The position numbers were made by a program, and so were the translations under genes. The notes beneath the pieces are model-generated. The model made no database searches and was not told the DNA's origin. It was given only the letters and a program-made list of their open reading frames with translations. Source: Edaphobacter aggregans (GTDB taxonomy: Bacteria; Acidobacteriota; Terriglobia; Terriglobales; Acidobacteriaceae). From it: a stretch of 32,000 bases of DNA. Position 1 is the stretch's first letter. The number at the start of each line of letters is the position of its first letter. Below, piece after piece: positions 16,903 to 24,466 of this stretch. The stretch spans positions 3,780,001 through 3,812,000 of the forward strand of contig NZ_RSDW01000001.1 in assembly GCF_003945235.1 (NCBI RefSeq), written 5' to 3'.

Positions 16903-18222
16903 TTAAACGCTACGCGCGGTCCTCCGCACCGCCAGATAAACCAATGGCCCGGCAGCGGCTATGATCGCCGCAAACCCAAGCGCAGGCAGCCCCGCAACTC
17001 GCTCATCACGCGCAGCCCACAGCGCAAACGCAATCAAAATCGATGGCCCGATCCCCATAGCCGCCGCTGCCCATACCCCGCCCGGAACGCGGAACGGACG
17101 ATGCAGATTCGGCTCCCGCAAACGCAGAATCACCAAAGCCACAAATTCAAGCACGAGCGATCCCCCGTACAGCACGAGGTCAATCGTGATTAGCCGCTCG
17201 AACGTAAACCCAAGAGCCAGCGCCCAGCCAACGCTGCACGCCAGAACGCTGACCCACGGAACCCCATTCGTCCAGCGTTTAGCCAGCACGCGAGGAAGAA
17301 GGCCGTCCTCAGCCATCGCATAAGGCAATCGGGTCAACGAGAGCGTCAGCGCATTGAAGGTCCCAAGCCCATCAAGCGAACCAGCCAGCACGACCCCCAG
17401 CGCCAGCAGCGGCCCACCCAGGATCATGCCCGCATCCACCCACGCTCCCGTCGAGAAGCGTTCCGCAGGAATACCCGCCAGCCACACCGCTCCCAGCGGC
17501 AACATATAGACGCACATCACCACAAAAGCCGAAGACAGCATGGCCCGTGGATACGTTCGCTGAGGATTCTCGACCTCCTGCGCGATCGTCGAAGCATTGT
17601 CCCAACCCATGTAGTTCCACATTGCCACCATCACGGCCCCTCCAAGATCAAGCTCAGCAGGAGCCCCTCCTGCAGCCACAGCAACGCCATGCCGAAGCCC
17701 CTGCCAAACCGCCAGTCCGATCAGCACCACAAAGGGAGAGAGCGAGATGATCATCATCCGCTGCGACCCTATCCCCACAGCCACCGCTCCCCGCAGATTC
17801 CAAACGGCAGAGATCCCCACAATCCCAAGCTTCAGCAGCAATCCACGATGGCCAGCGGTCAACCCGGGCGCAATATGTGTCAGATACAGCACAAAAGTCG
17901 TAGGGTAGATCGCCATGTCGAAGACACTGGCCGTCAACGAGAGCCACGCCTCCTGAAACCCCCAGAACGGCCCCATCGCCCGCCGAACCCAGTAGTAAAA
18001 GCCCCCCTCATAAGGCATGGACGAGGCCAGTTCCCCCACCATTAACGCAGTAGGCAAGCTCCAGAACAGGGGAACCAGCAGCAAAAGAAGCAGCGCCCGC
18101 CCATACCCCGCCTTGCCGATGATGTCTTCCAGGCCATAAGGCCCCCCCGAAACCATGAAGTACGTCGCAGCAACCAGCGGCAACAGCCGCATCTTTCCCA
18201 TCTTTGCCACTCTTTGCGCCAC
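16903..18222 (-). CDS. APC-superfamily amino acid/polyamine permease
   Basis: 439 aa with about 12 TM helices. The APC-type N-terminus reads LLPLVAATYFMVSGGPYGLEDIIGKAG, and the overall organisation is typical of amino-acid permeases. Confidence 0.85.
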   Translation of the reverse strand: MAQRVAKMGKMRLLPLVAATYFMVSGGPYGLEDIIGKAGYGRALLLLLLVPLFWSLPTALMVGELASSMPYEGGFYYWVRRAMGPFWGFQEAWLSLTASVFDMAIYPTTFVLYLTHIAPGLTAGHRGLLLKLGIVGISAVWNLRGAVAVGIGSQRMMIISLSPFVVLIGLAVWQGLRHGVAVAAGGAPAELDLGGAVMVAMWNYMGWDNASTIAQEVENPQRTYPRAMLSSAFVVMCVYMLPLGAVWLAGIPAERFSTGAWVDAGMILGGPLLALGVVLAGSLDGLGTFNALTLSLTRLPYAMAEDGLLPRVLAKRWTNGVPWVSVLACSVGWALALGFTFERLITIDLVLYGGSLVLEFVALVILRLREPNLHRPFRVPGGVWAAAAMGIGPSILIAFALWAARDERVAGLPALGFAAIIAAAGPLVYLAVRRTARSV

Positions 18223-18293
18223 TTAATCTCCACAATCGCACCAGTAATAAACACAAATCTAAAGGATGGCTAGCCCGCGCCACACCTGCACGT

Positions 18294-18299
18294 TATAAT
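18294..18299 (+). promoter_or_regulatory. candidate -10 box for the tRNA-Ser gene
   Basis: Perfect TATAAT 21 nt upstream of the tRNA 5' end. I see no convincing -35 element. Confidence 0.3.
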
Positions 18300-18320
18300 C
18301 ATCCAAGCCGTAAAAAAAGT

Positions 18321-18413
18321 GGAGAGTTGGCCGAGTGGCTGAAGGCGGCGGTTTGCTAAACCGTTATAGGGTCAAAAACTCTATCGGGGGTTCGAATCCC
18401 CCACTCTCCGCCA
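18321..18413 (+). tRNA. tRNA-Ser (anticodon GCU), class II with long variable arm, CCA encoded
   Basis: I folded the cloverleaf by hand. The acceptor stem is GGAGAGT/ACTCTCC. The D-arm is GCCGAGTGGCTGAAGGC. The anticodon stem-loop is GCGGT-TTGCTAA-ACCGT. The long variable arm is TATAGGGTCAAAAACTCTATC. The T-arm is GGGGG-TTCGAAT-CCCCC, followed by discriminator G and CCA. Confidence 0.95.
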
Positions 18414-19184
18414 GACAGTCCTTCCACACGCCCTTTTTCCGATAATTGCAACCGCTAAGCTTTGTCTGGCGATTCGGTCGATTTCTCTAATTTCGTGGTC
18501 GAGTGGAACTTTTTTTGACATGGCGGGCGAATGGAAGACGAACTTACGGGTAGACGGAAGCTGTTAAATTCGGCGGCAAAAGCGTCACCTACTCGTCAAA
18601 ATGCTAAGGGTTAGGTGCCGACACTGAACCAGAATACACACCAACAGGAAAGTTGACTTTCAAGATTCTCGAGTACGTTGGTGGCGTCAAAGAGCAATCG
18701 TGGATTGAGTTTAGTTCCCGCTCGAGAGTCGGCTTGCCGAGATATTGCATGCTCTCAAACAGGCAGCTGCCGCTCTTCGGGAATGGGAAGAAAAAAGAGC
18801 CAGAGAAGCTAAGCTTGTTGAAGAACGCGCGGAAGATCGACGAAAAGCGGAAATCCAACACAAGAAACTATCGTAGGATCTGGCTGGCTAGTCGAGCGCT
18901 GAAACCCTACGCGATTTCTTGCAACGTCTGGAAACTGAGATGGAGAAGGATCCGACTCGAAGTCTGAGTTCGCCGAGCGATGAATCGATCAGGTGAAGAG
19001 ACAAGCAGAGAGCCTTGACCCATTTTCGGAGGCGTCTACGACTTCCTGGATCATTATCAGCAGTTTGGATGGGACAAGATGACGAGACGCCGCTGCCGGC
19101 TCAGGCCGGACCCCACCAAGGAAGTCCACTTTGCTTGAAATGAGTTGTTCGAAGGAACGAAACGGTGCACCGCTCGAATCCTTG

Positions 19185-19790
19185 TTACTCGAAGAATTTG
19201 GCTTGCCTATAGTGGCTATCCTTGGGATTTGTCCAATCTCGAACAATTTCCTCCATTGTCCTGCCTGTGCTGACACTATTCGCCTGTTCTTCCAAAATTC
19301 CCTTGTCGGCACGGCCATCGACAAACGAATCGTCTTGTTTACAAAGAGTCCAGATAGTCCGCGACGCATTTCTCGCGCTGTTCATTCGGGTAAGCGTCCA
19401 GTCACCTTTCAGCTTTTCTCCGCGCAGCGTAAATTCTAAGACGCCCTCACGCAAGCCGCGCTCGATATCGTCGGATTCCGGATGAGGTTCCCACGTTCCG
19501 CGATCCCAAAGCATAATGGGACCCGTCGTATGCAGGCCTTCGAACAGCAGGTATTCACTCCTGTGATCCCTCATCTCGATGGCTCTACGAAGCTCTCCGG
19601 CATGGCAACTTGGCCCCTCTGGAAGGGCCCAACTCAACAACACTCCGTTCCACTCCAGTCTGAGGTCGTAATGTAGGCGCGTCGCATGATGCTTTTTCAT
19701 GGCATAGGCACGCTCGCGATGAGCGCAACGGATGGCTTCTCCTTCCATTTTGCGACCTAATCCTCCCAGCCAAATCGAGTCCATGACCAT
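19185..19790 (-). CDS. stand-alone LigD-type 3'-phosphoesterase (PE) domain protein
   Basis: HHATRLHYDLRLEWNGVLLSWALPEGPS ... RDHRSEYLLFEG ... IMLWDRGTWEP ... LEFTLRGEKLKGDWTLTR ... WTLCKQDD ... SVSTGRTMEEI is collinear with the LigD PE domain. The His/His/Asp/Arg cluster (HxxxxxHYDxR) and the DHxxxY element are present. The start is uncertain (M1 at 19790 or M15 at 19748). No ligase or polymerase domain follows. Confidence 0.8.
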   Translation of the reverse strand: MVMDSIWLGGLGRKMEGEAIRCAHRERAYAMKKHHATRLHYDLRLEWNGVLLSWALPEGPSCHAGELRRAIEMRDHRSEYLLFEGLHTTGPIMLWDRGTWEPHPESDDIERGLREGVLEFTLRGEKLKGDWTLTRMNSARNASRTIWTLCKQDDSFVDGRADKGILEEQANSVSTGRTMEEIVRDWTNPKDSHYRQAKFFE

Positions 19791-20161
19791 TTGTATATCG
19801 TTTCACTCAAATGAAGAAAGAGAACGAACCTGCTAAAGAAGGACCTGGAAAATGAACAAATGGCGGAATTGAACAGAAAGGGCGGCCTCTTCCTTATTAC
19901 TAAGCTTTGGGACAGTGCGAAATCGAGTTTTATCCTGACACGTTTCCTTTGCAACTTAATTTCGACTCTGCCTTCATTGTAGGAGCCAACGGCGGTTTGC
20001 TGAGCGCCGACAGTTTGCGAGTCGCCGCAGGTGCATCGGATACTGTCGCGTGTGAGACGCTAGAAGTGCCTTGCAATCGAAGGGCGCGATCTGATGGCTA
20101 GTGCCGGTCACAGCGCAATCCCACCTTGTCCGAATGACACGCGACAGGTGTATCGTGTTGG

Positions 20162-21001
20162 ATGATCATGCGGATGCAAGATTTGAAGTCTCTCTTATTT
20201 GCGACGCTTATTGCGGCGACTGCTCCAGGGTTGACTCAACAACCGGCGGCGCATCGGAGCGTAGAACAAGAAGCGCCAGGGAAACCCGTCGCTCCGAAGC
20301 CTCAAGACACAGAGGTGTGGGAGCCGGTGCCCAAAGTAGTGACGCCGGGCTCGACCGACGCAGCGCCGCCCTCCGACGCGATCGTGCTATTCGACGGGAA
20401 GGATCTCAACGAGTGGGTCTCCGCTCAGGATGGGACGCCGGCCAGATGGATCGTCGCTAATGGCGTACTGACCGTAAACAAGGCTCCGGGTGTTGGGAAC
20501 ATCCAAACCAAGCGGACCTTTAAGAACTACCAACTCCACATTGAATGGAAGATTCCCGAGAACGTTACCGGCACTGACCAGGCCCGCGGCAACAGCGGAG
20601 TGTTTCTCGCCTCCACTGGGCCCGGCGATGCCGGATACGAGCTACAGGTTCTCGATTCGTACAACAACAAGACCTATGTCAACGGTCAAGCTGGGAGTAT
20701 CTACAAGCAGGGCATTCCGCTGGTGAACCCGAACCGCAAGCCCGGTGAATGGCAGACCTACGATGTCGTGTGGACCGCCCCAACGTTCAACGCTGACGAC
20801 TCATTGAAGACACCGGCTAATGTGACAGTCTTCTTCAATGGCGTGCTCGTGCAGAATCACTTCGAGTTGAAAGGGCAGACGCTGTATATCGGCCAGCCTT
20901 TCTACAAGAAATACGACACTGGTCCGATCAAGCTGCAGGCGCACGGCGACCACAGCGAACCAATTAGCTTCCGCAATATTTGGGTAAGGGAACTGAACTA
21001 A
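20162..21001 (+). CDS. DUF1080 / 3-keto-disaccharide hydrolase family protein (PF06439-like), secreted
   Basis: 279 aa with a signal peptide (LKSLLFATLIAATAPGLTQQ). Family blocks are present: FDGKDLNEW...ANGVLTV, FKNYQLHIEWK, GNSGVFL, GYELQVLD, GSIYK, PGEWQTYDV, and the C-terminal GPIKLQAHGDHSEPISFRNIWVREL. Confidence 0.85.
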   Translation: MIMRMQDLKSLLFATLIAATAPGLTQQPAAHRSVEQEAPGKPVAPKPQDTEVWEPVPKVVTPGSTDAAPPSDAIVLFDGKDLNEWVSAQDGTPARWIVANGVLTVNKAPGVGNIQTKRTFKNYQLHIEWKIPENVTGTDQARGNSGVFLASTGPGDAGYELQVLDSYNNKTYVNGQAGSIYKQGIPLVNPNRKPGEWQTYDVVWTAPTFNADDSLKTPANVTVFFNGVLVQNHFELKGQTLYIGQPFYKKYDTGPIKLQAHGDHSEPISFRNIWVRELN

Positions 21002-21031
21002 CGCACGCTAAAAAGAGCTCAGGAGCCGATC

Positions 21032-22462
21032 ATGCGTAACTTCGCGCCCATTTCAAGCCTTCCATTGCGACCGAACCGGCGCACCTTTTTGATGGGAGCC
21101 GGAGCAGCGATGCTGGTACCCGGAAGTGCCTGGGCGCGCACCGGCCGCGCCTCCGCCTCAAATCGCATTACCATCGGCGTCATTGGATGGGGCATGATGG
21201 GGCCAGCCAACACTAAGGCCTTTCTGCTCCAGGATGATTGCCAGGTCGTAGGAGCCTGTGACTTGCACAGCGGTCATCTGCAGAGCGCCGTGGATACCAT
21301 CAACAGCCGCTATGGGAACAAGGATTGCAAGGCATATTACGATTATCGCGAGATGCTAGCGCGAGATGATATTGATGCTGTAATGATTGCGGTGCCAGAT
21401 CAATGGCACGCACTCATCGCGACGGAAGCCGCAGCCAGAAAGAAAGATATCTACGGCGAGAAGCCGCTAGCGCGCACCGTTGCGGAGCAACAGGCGATCG
21501 TCAGAGCGGTTCAACACAATGGCGTCATCTGGCAGACCGGCTCCTGGCAGCGCTCGCTCCCGTCGTTTCATAAAGCAGCGGAAATCGTCCGCAACGGTCT
21601 CATCGGAAACGTCATTCGCGTAGAGGTCGGCTTGCCCGGCGGCCATCATGACTTCCCCGGCACCGTTCCCGCATTGCTGCAGAGGCTTTCGTCTTTGCCG
21701 GATAAGATCACCAGCCCAGCAGAACTCGTGCCGGGAACCGCCGGATGGGATCTAGCCGTAACCGAGCCTCCAGTGGAACTGGACTATGACAAGTGGCTTG
21801 GCCCCTCGAAGGCCGAGCCCTACATTGACGCGCGCGTCTACCAGAATTGGCGCTGGAACTACAACACTGGCGGCGGACAGTTATTGGATTGGATCGGCCA
21901 CCACGGTGACATCGCGCATTGGGGTCTGGGATTCGATCTCACCGGCCCTTCGGAGATTGAAGGCTATGGCGAGTTCCCGCCGTCGAATGCGGCCTGGAAT
22001 ACTGCGACCAAATACCATATCGAATGCAAATACCGTAAGGAAGTTACGCACTATCCGGTCGACGTCGCAATGACCATATCCGGTGGTTCTCCCGCAATCG
22101 GCATGGGAACAAAATGGATTGGGACAGACGGTTGGGTGTGGGTGGATCGATCAGGATTCGATGCGTCCAATCCCGCATGGATCAAGGGCGATTCCCTCCC
22201 TGAAGAAATCCGCAAAGTAAAACTCTATGAATCCCCTGAGCATCGGCGTAACTTCCTCGACTCGGTGAAATCCCGCAAACCTACGATCACTCCAGTCGAG
22301 ACTGCGCATCATTCCACCCTTCCCGGGCATCTTGGCCTCATATCCATGCTCGTCGGACGAAAAATCCAATGGGATGTGGCTCAGGAAAAAATAATGAACG
22401 ATAGTGCCGCCAGCGAATTGCTTTCGCGGCCATATCGGGCTCCGTGGAGATTCCCCGGATGA
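21032..22462 (+). CDS. Gfo/Idh/MocA-family NAD(P)-dependent oxidoreductase with twin-arginine (Tat) signal
   Basis: 476 aa. The Tat motif is NRRTFLMGAGAAMLVPGSAWA. The Rossmann start is ITIGVIGWGMMG, followed by the EKP motif (IYGEKPLA) typical of the family. An AGGAG RBS lies 30 nt after the DUF1080 stop, so the two genes probably share an operon. Confidence 0.9.
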   Translation: MRNFAPISSLPLRPNRRTFLMGAGAAMLVPGSAWARTGRASASNRITIGVIGWGMMGPANTKAFLLQDDCQVVGACDLHSGHLQSAVDTINSRYGNKDCKAYYDYREMLARDDIDAVMIAVPDQWHALIATEAAARKKDIYGEKPLARTVAEQQAIVRAVQHNGVIWQTGSWQRSLPSFHKAAEIVRNGLIGNVIRVEVGLPGGHHDFPGTVPALLQRLSSLPDKITSPAELVPGTAGWDLAVTEPPVELDYDKWLGPSKAEPYIDARVYQNWRWNYNTGGGQLLDWIGHHGDIAHWGLGFDLTGPSEIEGYGEFPPSNAAWNTATKYHIECKYRKEVTHYPVDVAMTISGGSPAIGMGTKWIGTDGWVWVDRSGFDASNPAWIKGDSLPEEIRKVKLYESPEHRRNFLDSVKSRKPTITPVETAHHSTLPGHLGLISMLVGRKIQWDVAQEKIMNDSAASELLSRPYRAPWRFPG

Positions 22463-22834
22463 AAATTCCCTGTCCTGATCTCCCCAGGAACACGGCCGAC
22501 GCTGCTAAGACTCGTATAAACACTGGGTGATATAGCGTATCGTGGGTGAGAAGGGCGGGGATTCCTGTGATTTTCCCTGATAGCGGAGAATTTTGTTGTG
22601 ATCAGCGTGCTGTAGGGGCGCGGCGTTCGATGCTCGCGCCGTTAAACCAAAGTTCAGCCGTCGCCGTCTGATCTGAGAAGGGACCCCACCGCCCGCTGCG
22701 AAAGGCTTTCGAAGGGATCCACGCACCAATCTCACCTCCATCGCCGGCAACGGGCTCAAAATGCCGCATGTCGCCCAAGCCTGCAATGGAGATCGATGAT
22801 AACTGCTGATGGTGGATGCCGCTTCGGATATTCG

Positions 22835-24349
22835 TTATGGGTCGAATTTGATAAGCAATAGAGCATTCGGGCTCAGCTGGAGCTTGAGCTGTCCATTCTG
22901 AAGCTTCGTTCGTTCGGGGTCGGGGAGCGCCGATTCGCGGTTCAATTGTTCTATCTGAGCGGGTGTTGGGTTGAGAGGTTTGCCCATGGCTGCATAGTGC
23001 TTTAAAACATTCCCGTGCTCTTCATCGACACGCTGAATCGTGACGTTAGCTTCCTCGGGGATCCCTCTAAATGTGAACTCAATGGTCTGAACCAAACCAT
23101 GTTGATCAGGTTCGACCAGATTCCAGGCGGCTATTGCAAGACGTCCATCCTTTGTCTTTGTAACGATTATGTCCTTTGATGTGCTTGCAATACGCCTGTC
23201 TCCAAGCTGATGCAGGAGACCGTACCCATAGTAGCTGGGCTTGTTGATTCCCCCCTTTGCACGAAGCCCGAACATGCCAATGAACGGTCGGTCGATCGGT
23301 CCACCTTCCTCAAACACATCGGAGAACGTCCAGAAGGAAAGTTCCTCCACCTTACCGTCGCACTGTCTCACGGTATTGGCTACTGCGGGTCCGACGTAGA
23401 TGGTGTCTCGCGCCTCCATCTTTCCGGGGACGTTCCACTCGGTCCAGTACAGTGGCAACTGCGGCATCGCTGATTGATGAATCTGCTCTCTCACTTTTTC
23501 GACAGCGCGGCAGACGCGCTCGCTCATGGGAATATCCTCATCTGTTCCGAATAGATCCAGGACTGTATCGTCGGCATATCCATGCGTAGAAACAAAGTCG
23601 ACGGGAACTTTATTTGCCGCAGCATGTTTTAGAAAGTCATCGACCCAGGATGCAGCGGCAGTGGCCGGGCCTCCGACTCGCAGCCGGGGATTTACGCTCT
23701 TCAAATCGCGGGCTGTGTGGTCATAGAGTTCAAAGTAGGATCTCTGCCGTGGAACACCGCCCCAGAAATCGATATTCGGCTCGTTCCAGACTTCGAAGTA
23801 CCAGCTTGCAACCTCGTCGATACCGTAACGGTCGACAAGGTGCTGGGCGAAATGGGTCATCAGATCGTCCCATCTCTCTATGCTCTTGGGCGGTGAAACA
23901 TTCTGCTTGTACCAGAAGGCATGCAGGGCATCTGGATTGAAGGCCAACTTCTTGGGCATAAAGCTTATCTCGACAAATGGGCGTACCCCATTCTTCAGTA
24001 GTCCATCGTAGATCTGGTCTACGTATGCGAAGTTGTAGACCGGGTTGCCGCGCCCATCCTCGTTGTAGACACCCACCTCATCGTGCAGGATGGCGTGGAA
24101 ACGCACGTAGCGAAAGTCGGTCACCTGCTTTACGGCACGCAGGTCTTCGCGATAGCTCTCGCGTAGAGTGAGAATCGCGCGTCCCGATCCAAACATTTGC
24201 TCCCAAAAATGCGGAAAGGGTGTGGTCGGGGCCGTCGCGTCGATCTGGATGTGCTCCTGCCCTATGGCTTGTAGATTCGAGAGCGGGCTTATAACGAGCA
24301 ATATCCACACGCCCAGAACAAGGAATCTGACTGTCAATCTGTCGCGCAT
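22835..24349 (-). CDS. glycoside hydrolase family 39 (beta-xylosidase-like), secreted
   Basis: 504 aa with a signal peptide. It is collinear with my recollection of GH39 XynB: DFRYVRFHAILHDEVGVY, RPFVEISFMPKKLA, the acid/base Glu in YFEVWNEPN, the nucleophile Glu in LYWTEWN, and FSFWTFSDVFEE. Confidence 0.9.
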   Translation of the reverse strand: MRDRLTVRFLVLGVWILLVISPLSNLQAIGQEHIQIDATAPTTPFPHFWEQMFGSGRAILTLRESYREDLRAVKQVTDFRYVRFHAILHDEVGVYNEDGRGNPVYNFAYVDQIYDGLLKNGVRPFVEISFMPKKLAFNPDALHAFWYKQNVSPPKSIERWDDLMTHFAQHLVDRYGIDEVASWYFEVWNEPNIDFWGGVPRQRSYFELYDHTARDLKSVNPRLRVGGPATAAASWVDDFLKHAAANKVPVDFVSTHGYADDTVLDLFGTDEDIPMSERVCRAVEKVREQIHQSAMPQLPLYWTEWNVPGKMEARDTIYVGPAVANTVRQCDGKVEELSFWTFSDVFEEGGPIDRPFIGMFGLRAKGGINKPSYYGYGLLHQLGDRRIASTSKDIIVTKTKDGRLAIAAWNLVEPDQHGLVQTIEFTFRGIPEEANVTIQRVDEEHGNVLKHYAAMGKPLNPTPAQIEQLNRESALPDPERTKLQNGQLKLQLSPNALLLIKFDP

Positions 24350-24419
24350 TGTGTCTTTCTAGCGGCCGCACCTTCTGCCTGAGACGGCTCCGCGTTATAC
24401 AAATGGCCTGATAAAGAGG

Positions 24420-24442
24420 AGGGTGCCCTTGAGGAGCACCCT
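24420..24442 (-). terminator. stem-loop between the TBDR stop and the GH39 start (possible attenuating terminator)
   Basis: AGGGTGC-(9 nt)-GCACCCT, a 7-bp stem. On the minus strand it is followed by CCTCTTTATC, a weak U-tract. Confidence 0.3.
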
Positions 24443-24466
24443 ATCCATGATGGTCGACAGTTCTGC

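Noticed and set aside
18414-20161. Calling the tRNA-Ser-flanking segment a bona fide genomic island or prophage remnant
   Set aside because: No integrase, excisionase or transposase is present, and I found no direct repeat of the tRNA 3' end. It is kept only as a low-confidence observation.
22505-22786. 93-aa minus-strand ORF (TTG start), plus a 55-aa ORF in another frame (MRHFEPVAGDGGEIGAWIPSKAFRSGRWGPFSDQTATAELWFNGASIERRAPTAR) in the gap after GH39
   Set aside because: There is no RBS, no recognisable family and the ORFs are short. The 55-aa reading looks protein-like and could be a gene remnant, but I cannot support it without a database search (blastx of 22463-22834 would decide).
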